Assembly (NCBI GenBank): GCA_000999095.1
Contig: LCFP01000005.1
Span: forward strand, 36,945-100,944
Length of the DNA: 64,000 nt
DNA from: Candidatus Gottesmanbacteria bacterium GW2011_GWA2_43_14
Lineage (GTDB): Bacteria; Patescibacteriota; Microgenomatia; 2-02-FULL-39-11
Direction: 5' to 3'
Of this stretch, positions 18,509 through 28,181 are shown piece by piece. The notes beneath the pieces are model-generated. The model made no database searches. It saw only the letters and a program-made list of their open reading frames with translations, and was not told the DNA's origin. How positions within the stretch are numbered: the first letter of the stretch is position 1; each line of letters begins with the position of its first letter. The position numbers and the translations under genes are program-made.

Positions 18509-19243
18509 ATGAAACATACACCTCCTTCAATCAGCGTCATGTTTCCCTTTCTAAATGACTGGGGAACAGTCGGCAGCCTGGTGGCGTTGGCAATAGAGAC
18601 GGTAAAAAAATATACGGATGATTGGGAAGTGGTTATCGTCAACGACGGCAGTTTAATGTCAAACCGGGAAGCTTTGGAAATGATAGTTAAATTATTGAAC
18701 GAAAACGGGCGCAGGATAAAAATCGTCACCCATGAGATAAACAGAGGCTACGGCGGCGCACTCAGAAGCGGTTTTGCGAAAGCTACCAAAGATCTGGTTT
18801 TTTATACCGATTGCGATGCCCAGTATGACCCGCGGGAGCTGTCATTGCTGTTAAAGAAAATGACTCCGCAAACAGGCCTGGTCAATGGTTTCAAGATAAA
18901 AAGAAACGATCCTCCGCACAGAGTCATTGCCGGACGTCTTTATCATTATCTGGTGAAAGCAGTCTTCGGTTTGCCGGTGAGGGATACGGATTGCGATTTC
19001 AGGCTGATCCGCCGTTCGGTTTTTAAGAAAGTCGCGCTCTACGAAAATACCGGTACCATTTGCGTCGAACTGGTAGACAAAATAAACCGTTTTGGCTATA
19101 AAATCTCCGAGGTGCCGGTACACCACTTCTGGCGCACCTCGGGCAAAAGCCAGTTTTTCAACTTCCGCCGCTTGTCAGCAACCGCTGACAATCTTTTCAG
19201 ACTCTGGTGGAAACTCCGGGTGAAAAAAGATTATCTGCATTAA
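18509..19243 (+). CDS. GT2 glycosyltransferase, DPM1/GtrB-like polyprenyl-phosphate sugar synthase
   Basis: VVIVNDGS and YTDCDAQYDP (DxD) motifs; about 240 aa, the size of DPM1-like enzymes. Confidence 0.7.
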   Translation: MKHTPPSISVMFPFLNDWGTVGSLVALAIETVKKYTDDWEVVIVNDGSLMSNREALEMIVKLLNENGRRIKIVTHEINRGYGGALRSGFAKATKDLVFYTDCDAQYDPRELSLLLKKMTPQTGLVNGFKIKRNDPPHRVIAGRLYHYLVKAVFGLPVRDTDCDFRLIRRSVFKKVALYENTGTICVELVDKINRFGYKISEVPVHHFWRTSGKSQFFNFRRLSATADNLFRLWWKLRVKKDYLH

Positions 19244-20883
19244 TCAACCTGATATAAGACCGCCGGTCCTTCTTGGAAGATGGTTTTGAGGAACGGATAA
19301 TCGACTTTTGCTTCGAAATATTCATCAGGACCTGAAAAAACATAACGGATATTATTTTTTTTTAAAAACGCCAGAGCCTCCCGGTCGGAAAATCTTTTGG
19401 AATAAAAACTCCGGACATTGGTTTGTTTTTCTTCAAAATTCATTGTCTGGTTAATATGGCCGAAATAGACTTTGACAGGGGCATAGGCTGCCAGGATATT
19501 GCCTGTTGAATCATTACTTAAAATAATTGAATTCCTGGGTATGTTCTTTTGGATATAGTCAATTGTTTGCCAAATATAGTTGAAAATATAGATGTTGCTG
19601 TAGAAAGGTATATTCCGGGAAGATGTGATTTCCCGGAAAAAAGACGGCATACCCACCGGAAGTGATGTCAGAATTATAAAAAGTGCAAGAACTGTATTTC
19701 TGACTGATGATGATTTGCTTTTCAGGATTAAATTAAGGCTATAGATTGACAATAAAGACAGGGGAAGAAACGGAACGCTGCCGATCAGTCTGAGCTTGCC
19801 TATGCGCAAAAAGTTTACAAAAGGCAATAAAATAAATGGCATATATGCCCATAAGCTGATAAAAATCCAATGCCGGTTATTTTTTTTTACTGTTTCAACA
19901 ACAGCCGGAACAGAGATTAAAAGAAGGATGCCGAAGGAAAAAAGAAGCGCCCGGTTGAAATTTGGTTCCAGTAAATTCCACTTGTTGATTTCCCAGGCAA
20001 TCCAGACGGTCCAGGGATGTCCCTGTTTGGTCTGCAGGTAGCTGATAAGAAGCGGGATAAGTGAAGAAAAGGTAAAAATTCCCGACCCCAAATTTTCCCG
20101 GTCAGTAAAGATTTGGTTAAGGTCAAACTTCTTTTTTCTGATTATATCCAAAATTATGGATATTAAAACGGCAGCCGGCAGCATAAAAGTGATTGGCAGC
20201 ATAGCCGGCGGATAGAAAAAGCCGGTTATGACAATTAAGATTGAACCGATGACTACCAGCCGGAAATTATTATTTTTAATGAATTTAAAGATGCAGAACA
20301 TGGAAAAAAGAAACATCGCCTGTCCGAAAAGATGATGGGGAAGACCGTCAAGCCGGCGCAGTGCTTCTAGCTGGTTCCACCATGGCGTATATGACACATA
20401 TGCCCCTTTTTCGCCGAAAAAGGCAGGCGGAGAAATAGTTGCAGTCAAAGCCAGAATACTTGACCAGAAACCGAGATGGCGTCCCCCGATTTCCCGGCAA
20501 ACAAGGAAAACGGCAGTTAAAAAAAGACCGACAGCCAAAATTCTAGCCAGATGATAAGCCGCAGGTTGCCAGAGGGAAGCAAGTTTTGCCATTTTGCCAA
20601 CCAGAATATAGTAAAAATAAAATATTCCCGGTTTGGTTTTTTCAGAGGTAAAGGCGTCCCGGTTGAGCCAGTAGCCGTTTTTTCCCAGAGTGATAACAGA
20701 CAGATAAACATTATAGTCATAAGGGGCGCCACCGTGATAATAGGGGAAGATTCTATCCGGAGGGGTTTTTTTGACATTGATGGCCATGGGCAGGTTGGAA
20801 AGTAAAAACAGGCCGAGGCTTAAAAATATAAAAAATAAAACCTGTTTCCCCGGTCTTTTACGTATAATATCTTGAAGGATCAT
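19240..20883 (-). CDS. Paralog C of the ~540-aa membrane protein family
   Basis: YYHGGAPYDYNVYLSVITLGKNGYW and C-terminal STGNILAAYAPVKVYFGHINQT...IRYVFSGPDE block. Start uncertain; it is divergent from 20891 with only a 7-nt gap if both track starts are used. Confidence 0.55.
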   Translation of the reverse strand: MILQDIIRKRPGKQVLFFIFLSLGLFLLSNLPMAINVKKTPPDRIFPYYHGGAPYDYNVYLSVITLGKNGYWLNRDAFTSEKTKPGIFYFYYILVGKMAKLASLWQPAAYHLARILAVGLFLTAVFLVCREIGGRHLGFWSSILALTATISPPAFFGEKGAYVSYTPWWNQLEALRRLDGLPHHLFGQAMFLFSMFCIFKFIKNNNFRLVVIGSILIVITGFFYPPAMLPITFMLPAAVLISIILDIIRKKKFDLNQIFTDRENLGSGIFTFSSLIPLLISYLQTKQGHPWTVWIAWEINKWNLLEPNFNRALLFSFGILLLISVPAVVETVKKNNRHWIFISLWAYMPFILLPFVNFLRIGKLRLIGSVPFLPLSLLSIYSLNLILKSKSSSVRNTVLALFIILTSLPVGMPSFFREITSSRNIPFYSNIYIFNYIWQTIDYIQKNIPRNSIILSNDSTGNILAAYAPVKVYFGHINQTMNFEEKQTNVRSFYSKRFSDREALAFLKKNNIRYVFSGPDEYFEAKVDYPFLKTIFQEGPAVLYQVD

Positions 20884-20890
20884 AAGAGGT

Positions 20891-22552
20891 ATGTTATCTA
20901 TTGATCAGCCTAAAATGACGAAACGCTTTAAAACCCTTCTTTTTCTCTTGATAATCTGGCTAACTGCCACATCTTTTAATATAACAAAGGCAGTATACAT
21001 TGACGATATCTCCACCATCAATATCGGCAGGTATTTATTGCAGGATTTGAAGAAACCCAATCAGGCAATATTAAAAAATGACCGGGAAACAGGCATTGCA
21101 TCAGAAAACAGCCTCACTCATCCACCGCTTGTTCCTTATCTGGGGAGTGCTGTCATTTTTTTCTTCGGGGAGAATGAGTTAATTTTCCATATCGTCTGGT
21201 CCCTTTTTACCCTCATGGCAATTACTTTCTTTTATCTCTTAGCCCGTCACCTGACAAAGCAGGCATTGTTACTGACCTTTTTATTCATTATTAATCCGGC
21301 TTTTGTTCCGTCCCAAAACCTGATGCTGGATTTGCCCCTGGTGGTTTTTACAGTAATGTTTTTTTATTTCCTTTTAAGGCCCCGCGATAATATCTCAAAT
21401 TACCTTATTGCCGGGATATCTGCCGGTCTGGCTTTATTGGTCAAATACACCGGGCTGGTTCTTGTCCCGATTTTGACAGGATTCCTTTTCCTGGGGGGGA
21501 AAAAGAGGCTGCTGTGGATTGTATTGATCCCTGTCGGGATTCTTTTGCTTTGGTCGGCTCAGAATTATTTAGAATTCCGCGGGCTTCATCTCATAAGCAA
21601 TAGCTCAACCGGTTTCGGCAGTCATGTTTTGGAGAAGAGCTTGCTTTGGATTATTGTGATCGGATCGGTATCGCCCTTCAGCATTTTTCTGATTCCTTCC
21701 CTATTGCGTAAAAAATCAGGCATATTGCTGTTTTTATCAATACTCTTGTCAGCCGTTTTTTTGGTTTTACGATTTCTTACCGGCCAGAATGAAGAAATGG
21801 TTAAATGGATCTTGCGGACCCTCTTTTTAACTAACGGACTAGTGGTTTTGATCATCACTTTAAATTCAATTTCCGAAATTTTTCTGCGATATTTAAATGA
21901 GAAAAAACTTTATGATTTGAAATTAGCCTCAATCGCATTTTGGTTTATTTTAATGACAATTGTACTGATTTTTTCCGTTCCATTTATGGCTGTCAGGCAC
22001 GTGTTGACGGTTATACCGGCTTTGCTGTTATTAATCGGGGCAACCGGAAAAATTCATTTTGACCTGAAATACGGAATAATTGGAATTTTTGTCATAATCA
22101 TCCATACTCTATTATTGGCCATCGGGGATAACAGTCAGGCAGACAGTTATAGGAAGGGAGCGGCCGCAATTACCCGCCAAATCGAACATAAATATGGATT
22201 TATTAAGAATAAATACAGGGTTTGGTCCGGAGGCTTTTACGGCTGGCGCTGGTATACGGTGCAAGAGGGGTTGATGGCGTATAATCCGCAGAAAGATGAT
22301 TTAAGAAGCGGTGATTTATTGGTTTTAACAAGCCTCTATCCGGTACAAATCAACCCACTGCATCAAAACAATTTAATTCTTGATTTTGAAATGACTGTTC
22401 CCAGGGATAAGTTTTCGGTAGTTAGCACCATGACCAATTGGCCGCATAATGCTGTTGGTTATTATTATTTGCCTACTATACGGGATTTGCCGTATGAGAT
22501 TCTGCCGCAACACCCACTGGAAAAAATTTCGGTCTACAGGTTTGAGAGGTAA
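20891..22552 (+). CDS. GT-C fold membrane glycosyltransferase (PMT_2/ArnT-like)
   Basis: Polytopic protein with LLVKYTGLVLVPIL-type PMT/ArnT helix. True start may be the internal ATG at 20915 (MTKRF). Confidence 0.6.
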   Translation: MLSIDQPKMTKRFKTLLFLLIIWLTATSFNITKAVYIDDISTINIGRYLLQDLKKPNQAILKNDRETGIASENSLTHPPLVPYLGSAVIFFFGENELIFHIVWSLFTLMAITFFYLLARHLTKQALLLTFLFIINPAFVPSQNLMLDLPLVVFTVMFFYFLLRPRDNISNYLIAGISAGLALLVKYTGLVLVPILTGFLFLGGKKRLLWIVLIPVGILLLWSAQNYLEFRGLHLISNSSTGFGSHVLEKSLLWIIVIGSVSPFSIFLIPSLLRKKSGILLFLSILLSAVFLVLRFLTGQNEEMVKWILRTLFLTNGLVVLIITLNSISEIFLRYLNEKKLYDLKLASIAFWFILMTIVLIFSVPFMAVRHVLTVIPALLLLIGATGKIHFDLKYGIIGIFVIIIHTLLLAIGDNSQADSYRKGAAAITRQIEHKYGFIKNKYRVWSGGFYGWRWYTVQEGLMAYNPQKDDLRSGDLLVLTSLYPVQINPLHQNNLILDFEMTVPRDKFSVVSTMTNWPHNAVGYYYLPTIRDLPYEILPQHPLEKISVYRFER

Positions 22553-22561
22553 AAGAACTAT

Positions 22562-23266
22562 ATGTGGCAAAAGAAAAAAATTTCAGTCATCCTGCCTACT
22601 TTCAACGAAAAAAACTCCATTAAAAAGTCCATCCGGGAATTGGAAAAATTAAAAATTATCGATGAAATAATTGTAATTAATAATAATGCTGTTGAGGGTA
22701 CAAGTAGGGAAATAAAAGCTACCAGTGCAAAAGAAATTCACGAACCGCATCAGGGCTATGGATCAGCCATAAGAAGAGGGTTGTCAGAAGCCAGGGGTGA
22801 TTATTTGATTATTTCAGAACCTGACGGTACTTTTGTCGCCCGCGATATATATAAATTATTAAGTTATGCTGAAGATTTTGATTTTGTAATTGGTACCCGA
22901 ACCACCAATTCTTTGATCTGGGAGGGGGCGAATATGGGATTTTTCCTGAAATGGGGAAATTATCTGGTAGCGAAAATGGCGGAATTCCTGTTTAATACCA
23001 CCCAATTAACTGATGCCGGCTGTACCTATCGCCTTATAAAAAAACAGACTTACCGGAAAATTAAGAATAGTTTCCGCGGATCAGGCAGTGATTTCGGTTT
23101 GGAAATGCTGCTGCTGATAATTCAAAAGGGCATTCCCTTTATCCAGATTCCAGTCAACTACAGGCAAAGAGTAGGGAAGAGTTCAGTAACGGGTAATATA
23201 TTTAAAGCAGCAATTTTGGGATTGGATATGATTTATTTAATTTTCAAAAAACGATATTTCGAATGA
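22562..23266 (+). CDS. GT2 glycosyltransferase, DPM1/GtrB-like
   Basis: ISVILPTFNEKNSI, IIVINNN and YLIISEPDGTF motifs. Confidence 0.8.
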   Translation: MWQKKKISVILPTFNEKNSIKKSIRELEKLKIIDEIIVINNNAVEGTSREIKATSAKEIHEPHQGYGSAIRRGLSEARGDYLIISEPDGTFVARDIYKLLSYAEDFDFVIGTRTTNSLIWEGANMGFFLKWGNYLVAKMAEFLFNTTQLTDAGCTYRLIKKQTYRKIKNSFRGSGSDFGLEMLLLIIQKGIPFIQIPVNYRQRVGKSSVTGNIFKAAILGLDMIYLIFKKRYFE

Positions 23267-25131
23267 AGAAATACCTTCCGTCCGTTCTTCTGCCGGCAAT
23301 ATTGATTTTTATTTTGACATTTCCGGACATCGGTTATCCTGTCAAAGCAACTTTGGACGGAGGTTATCAATATGCTTTAAATATAATTTTTACGAATAGG
23401 TTGAAAGTTGGGATTGATTATATCTTTTCTTTTGGGCCTTTGGGTTTTCTTCATTATCCCCAACCAATTGGTGCAAATTTAGCTATTGGCATCATTTTTT
23501 GGGCAGTAATTAAATTTTTGTTTATTGCAGGTTTGTTGTTAATTGTATTCTTTCAAAACCACAGGAAGGATTTGCTTATCAAAATTTTGCTTGTGTTTTT
23601 ATTTGCCAATATTATAGATATTTGGTCATTACCGACTTTTTTACTTGTTGAATTACTACTATTACACAAAATCAAAGGTAAACCTTTTTTTCTATTTGCA
23701 GCCGTATTCCTTACCTCTCTGACATTTCTTATTAAGCTTAATTATTTACTGGTAAATACATCAATTCTTGCAGTTTATTCCATTTTTCTCTTTGCCAGGA
23801 AACCAAAGGGAAACTGGAGAATACTGATGTTAATTATCCTTTTGACAATACTTTGTTTTGTTGTTTTTTGGCTATTATCAGAATCTTCATTCGTATATCT
23901 ACCAACATATCTTAGAGGAATGCTTGAGATTTCTAGAGGTAATTCTTCTGCTATGGCCGTGAGTCCGCCAAACAACTGGTCTCTTTTAGGGGCCTTTTTA
24001 TTATTATTTGTTGCTCAACCGTTTTTTATTGGGAACAAGGAAGGATTTTTTCTGTTTCTGCTGTTATTTACCCCCTTTTTAGCTACATGGAAATATACCT
24101 TTATGAGGGAGGATACGCCCCATTTGTATTATTTAGTAGATTACGTCATTTATTACTATTTAATGCTTTTGGTCTTTGCTAAAAAAATTCATCCAATGGG
24201 AAGGCTAATAATGATGTTATCGATAATACTGCTTTTGGTACATATGACACTATTGCCTAAATTCGGGGACCCTAATTTAATTAAGAACGAATTGGAAAGG
24301 ATGATTAAAGTTTCCGGCCATAACAATTTCAGAAATCAAGTAATAAATTACCCGTCATATAGAGTCGGTTTATTGAATGAGTCCAGTAATAATATGAAAA
24401 GTTTTCAGCTCGAGGAAGATATTAAACAAATTATCGGTAAAGGAACAATTGATGTCTATCCCTGGGATCTCGCTTACATTTATGCCAATGTTTTGACTTT
24501 CCGGCCTAAACCTATTCTTCAAACCTATGTTGCTTTCACTCCGTGGCTTGATGCACAGGATGCAAATTTTTACCGATCTCCCCGAGCACCTGATTATCTT
24601 CTTTGGACTAGAGTGCATTGGGGAGGTGAAACCGGTTCGATAGACGGACGGTATCTGTTAAATGATGAACCGCAGGCGCTGATGGAGATAATGCAAAATT
24701 ATAAACCAATAAAAAGAGGCGGAAATACTGTTTTATGGCAGCGAGATGGAATAGGACTTTTAAGTAAAGGCTCCTCAATATTTACTAGTTTTGGGCGTTG
24801 GGGTGAGTGGGTTAATGTACCAGACGATAAAGGAGGCATTATCAGGGCAAATATTAAATTGCATCGGACACGAGCAGGCAGCTTGATTAGGGTTTTGTGG
24901 AAAGAGGATGAATCATATATTGAATACAAAACATCCCTAAAAATCTATTCTTACAGACTTGTACCCGACAATGCCATCAGTGGATTATGGATGTCTCCAT
25001 ATTTGGCTCAGTTAGATATAGATTTAAAAGGGGAGAAAGTTCAAGCTGTCCGTTTAATCCATAAATCGAGGGGTTACTATAAGCAGAATATTGAATTTGA
25101 ATGGATTTTCTATCCCTTAAAAGCAAGTTGA
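23263..25131 (+). CDS. Large polytopic membrane protein (uncharacterised; possible GT-C-like)
   Basis: 622 aa with more than 10 TM helices in the first ~330 aa and then a soluble domain. ATGA-coupled to the upstream GT2. Confidence 0.5.
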   Translation: MKKYLPSVLLPAILIFILTFPDIGYPVKATLDGGYQYALNIIFTNRLKVGIDYIFSFGPLGFLHYPQPIGANLAIGIIFWAVIKFLFIAGLLLIVFFQNHRKDLLIKILLVFLFANIIDIWSLPTFLLVELLLLHKIKGKPFFLFAAVFLTSLTFLIKLNYLLVNTSILAVYSIFLFARKPKGNWRILMLIILLTILCFVVFWLLSESSFVYLPTYLRGMLEISRGNSSAMAVSPPNNWSLLGAFLLLFVAQPFFIGNKEGFFLFLLLFTPFLATWKYTFMREDTPHLYYLVDYVIYYYLMLLVFAKKIHPMGRLIMMLSIILLLVHMTLLPKFGDPNLIKNELERMIKVSGHNNFRNQVINYPSYRVGLLNESSNNMKSFQLEEDIKQIIGKGTIDVYPWDLAYIYANVLTFRPKPILQTYVAFTPWLDAQDANFYRSPRAPDYLLWTRVHWGGETGSIDGRYLLNDEPQALMEIMQNYKPIKRGGNTVLWQRDGIGLLSKGSSIFTSFGRWGEWVNVPDDKGGIIRANIKLHRTRAGSLIRVLWKEDESYIEYKTSLKIYSYRLVPDNAISGLWMSPYLAQLDIDLKGEKVQAVRLIHKSRGYYKQNIEFEWIFYPLKAS

Positions 25132-25190
25132 TTTGAATTTAAAAATTGCACTAGTGAGAGTAATAAACTATATTAGTTGAATCTTTAATA

Positions 25191-25856
25191 ATGAATAAAC
25201 GACTAAGTCAAAAAGAGAAGTACAAAAAAAAAGCATATAAGTACGATACTACTGTATCTCTCGGGCCTTGGACCTCTACTGATCTCATTGAGAATCCTAT
25301 TCATCTTACATTCGTACTAGCCCGATATAAATTTGTAGCTAGACATTTTAGTGGTAAAAAGAGTGTGCTAGAAATCGGATGCGGTGATGCATTCGGTACA
25401 CCGATTGTTGCCCAATTTGTCAGGGAATTGACGGCAATTGACATTGACTCCTCAATAATAATTTCAAATAAAAACAGATTGTCAACGATAAAAAATATCA
25501 AATTTCAGGAAATGGATATTAGAAAAGCAGTACCTGCAGGTAAATATGATGGTATATTTGCTCTTGATGTAATTGAGCATATTGAATCTGAATACAATGA
25601 TCTTTTTTTTAGACAAATACTTAAATGTATTAAAGAAAAGGGAATATTAATCCTTGGCACACCAAATCAAACAGCTGAACGGTATGCGTCAAAACGAAGT
25701 AGGGAATACCATGTAAACTTACAGTCGTATGAATCCTTGAAAACAATGATGAATAAGTATTTCCGGCAAGTATTTATGTTTACTATGAACGATGAAGTTG
25801 TTCAGACAGGTTATGGCCCGATGGGCCATTATCTATTTTCCATCGGTGTGAGCTAA
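25191..25856 (+). CDS. Class I SAM-dependent methyltransferase
   Basis: VLEIGCGDAFGT (motif I) and DGIFALDVIEH (motif II/III). Confidence 0.7.
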   Translation: MNKRLSQKEKYKKKAYKYDTTVSLGPWTSTDLIENPIHLTFVLARYKFVARHFSGKKSVLEIGCGDAFGTPIVAQFVRELTAIDIDSSIIISNKNRLSTIKNIKFQEMDIRKAVPAGKYDGIFALDVIEHIESEYNDLFFRQILKCIKEKGILILGTPNQTAERYASKRSREYHVNLQSYESLKTMMNKYFRQVFMFTMNDEVVQTGYGPMGHYLFSIGVS

Positions 25857-25862
25857 GCAATA

Positions 25863-26570
25863 ATGAAGAAAATGTCAGTCTCCATTATTATTCCGGCTTA
25901 CAACGAAGAAAAAAATCTCAACTCTGCTGTAAAAGGAGCTTTATGGGCGGTTAAGGATACAGTTTCTGATTATGAGTTGATTATAGTGGACGATGGTTCA
26001 GTTGACAGAACCCATTGGGTGGCTAATAAGTTTGCCCGTAAAAACCGTAAAATTAAAGTTATCCATCACATTAAAAATATAGGTTTTGGTAGTACGTTTA
26101 AAGACGGGATTAGAAACGCATGCAAGGATTATCTAGTCGGTTTTCCCGGCGATTATGATACTTCTGAAAAATCCTTAAGGGATTTGATTAAGAAAGCAAG
26201 TTCTGCTGATTTAATAATGACATATAATCCTGACATGAGCACAAGAACCTGGGCGAGGAGACTCTTCTCTAAAAGTTTCATAATGATGATGAATCAACTA
26301 TTTGGTTTAAGACTTAAATACTACAATGGTTCTTTTATCTGTAAAACTAAATTGCTGAAAAATTTAAAACTTGTCTCAGGAGGGTTTGCCATTTATGCTG
26401 AGGCAAAAGTCAGGCTTTTACATAATGGTCTAAGTTATGAAGAAATACCTTTTAAATATCTTGGCCGAAAATTCGGAAAATCAAAGGCCGTTTCAATCAA
26501 TAGTGTTCTTCAGACTTTAGAAACAATGTTTATCCTAATCAATGATATTAAATTAAAAAAAGATAAATGA
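25863..26570 (+). CDS. GT2 glycosyltransferase, DPM1/GtrB-like
   Basis: MSVSIIIPAYNEEKNL, LIIVDDGSVDRT and GFPGDYD motifs. Confidence 0.8.
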   Translation: MKKMSVSIIIPAYNEEKNLNSAVKGALWAVKDTVSDYELIIVDDGSVDRTHWVANKFARKNRKIKVIHHIKNIGFGSTFKDGIRNACKDYLVGFPGDYDTSEKSLRDLIKKASSADLIMTYNPDMSTRTWARRLFSKSFIMMMNQLFGLRLKYYNGSFICKTKLLKNLKLVSGGFAIYAEAKVRLLHNGLSYEEIPFKYLGRKFGKSKAVSINSVLQTLETMFILINDIKLKKDK

Positions 26571-27052
26571 TTGAAATTCTATTAGTGATAATCATTTATC
26601 TTTGTGCCTCATTTATTCATATCATCAAATACCGCCGTCAGAAAGCGATCAAGATTGGGATTATTAATACTTATGACATATTCCTTCTGTTTCTTCCGGT
26701 ACTAGTGATCACATTTCAGTTTATACCCGTCAGGTGGCCTTTAAGTTCTGTATTTTTATATCTGTTGTTGTCTGGTGTGCATTTTATTTTTTTTACCTCC
26801 CCTTATTTGGGAGATGAGGGACCATCGGCAAAAATTTATTTTTTAATAAAAAAGCAGGGAGAGATGAATTTCAAATCATTGATAGCTAATTTTTCCGACG
26901 AAGAACTGATTATAAAAAGAATAAGGAATCTTGAGAATTCCAAGCTAATCTTGAAGAAAAAAACACTTTTTAAAACAACTGCCAAAGGCCAGCTGTTATC
27001 GGGATTATTTAATTCATACAGGCAATTATTAAGCTGGGACACAGGAGGTTGA
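26567..27052 (+). CDS. Small membrane protein (2-3 TM plus basic C-terminal tail); tandem paralog 1
   Basis: 161-aa hydrophobic N-terminus. ATGA-coupled to the GT2 upstream and to 27049 downstream. Confidence 0.4.
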   Translation: MIEILLVIIIYLCASFIHIIKYRRQKAIKIGIINTYDIFLLFLPVLVITFQFIPVRWPLSSVFLYLLLSGVHFIFFTSPYLGDEGPSAKIYFLIKKQGEMNFKSLIANFSDEELIIKRIRNLENSKLILKKKTLFKTTAKGQLLSGLFNSYRQLLSWDTGG

Positions 27053-27576
27053 TGGTTAGCGATATAACAATTTTTCTTATTGCTGTTATTAGCACTCTCT
27101 CCTTCGTCTTTTTCCACTTGTTTTTTTTCCGGTTTATCGATAAAAGGAAAATTCTAAAATGGCTAGTAAGACTCTTTTTCCTGGGTATTGCGGTTTCAAT
27201 ATCTATTTTTAATTTTATAGTTTCCGGTCCGGTTACATATTCAAAAATTGAAGCTCAATTGATAATTCTGATGATGTATTCGCTGATGTCGCTGGCCTAT
27301 TCTTTGGCTGTTTTCGGCATTACGGCAACATCCTTAAGGATAAGAATATTAACATTTATCAATAACAATTCCCAAGGGGTAAATCTCAAGCAGATTTTGA
27401 AAAAATACAACCGTCGGGTAATTTTGAGAAACAGGCTGGAAAGATTCTCCTCGTCGGGAGAGCTAGTTAAGGTAAATGGCAAGTATCGGATTAGAAAAAA
27501 ATTTTCCTTATTTCTCCTGCCGGCTTCATTTTTCCGGCTGATTTTTATTCTGTACGGGAGGAAACCTTCTTATTGA
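27049..27576 (+). CDS. Small membrane protein (3-4 TM plus basic C-terminal tail); tandem paralog 2
   Basis: 175 aa with the same architecture as 26567..27052, including a similar C-terminal ...RLE..S.G.L.K.NGKY... segment. Confidence 0.4.
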   Translation: MMVSDITIFLIAVISTLSFVFFHLFFFRFIDKRKILKWLVRLFFLGIAVSISIFNFIVSGPVTYSKIEAQLIILMMYSLMSLAYSLAVFGITATSLRIRILTFINNNSQGVNLKQILKKYNRRVILRNRLERFSSSGELVKVNGKYRIRKKFSLFLLPASFFRLIFILYGRKPSY

Positions 27577-28181
27577 ATATGGTTATCGGTATTGATCTGG
27601 ACAATACAATTATCAGTTACGACCGGGTATTCATAAACGCTGCACAAACCCTTAAAATGCCTGTTGGCGGGGAGAACAAGATAAAGCTTAGAGATAATCT
27701 CAGGCAAATGGAAAAAGGAGAGCAGCTTTGGCAGAAGCTGCAAAAAGTAGTTTACGGCTTCCGGTACCTGGAAGCTGAGATAATGCCCGGTTTTGAGGAA
27801 TTTATGTCAGCTGTCAAGGCAGGCGGCCATCAAATCTATGTGGTCAGCCATAAAACAAAATATCTGTTCGGAGACCGGAAAATCAACTTGCAGCAGAATA
27901 TGGAAGATTATTTAAACAAAAAGGGTTTATTGGACAAGCCTTATAATCTGGACGGGGAAAATATTTTTTTTGAGGAATCGCGAAATCTGAAACTTGAAAG
28001 GATCAAAAAGTTAAAATGTGATTATTTTATAGATGACCTGCCGGAAGTATTGACCGCTGAAAATTTTCCGGGAAAAACAGAAAGGATTCTATTAAGTGAT
28101 GAATCTTTGCCCGGTTTGCCGGAGAATGTGGCCGTTTTAAAAGATTGGTATGCAGTCAAAAATTACTTTTTCCGTAAATAA
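27573..28181 (+). CDS. HAD-superfamily hydrolase/phosphatase
   Basis: IGIDLDNTII (DxDxT motif I) in a 202-aa ORF. Confidence 0.6.
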   Translation: MNMVIGIDLDNTIISYDRVFINAAQTLKMPVGGENKIKLRDNLRQMEKGEQLWQKLQKVVYGFRYLEAEIMPGFEEFMSAVKAGGHQIYVVSHKTKYLFGDRKINLQQNMEDYLNKKGLLDKPYNLDGENIFFEESRNLKLERIKKLKCDYFIDDLPEVLTAENFPGKTERILLSDESLPGLPENVAVLKDWYAVKNYFFRK

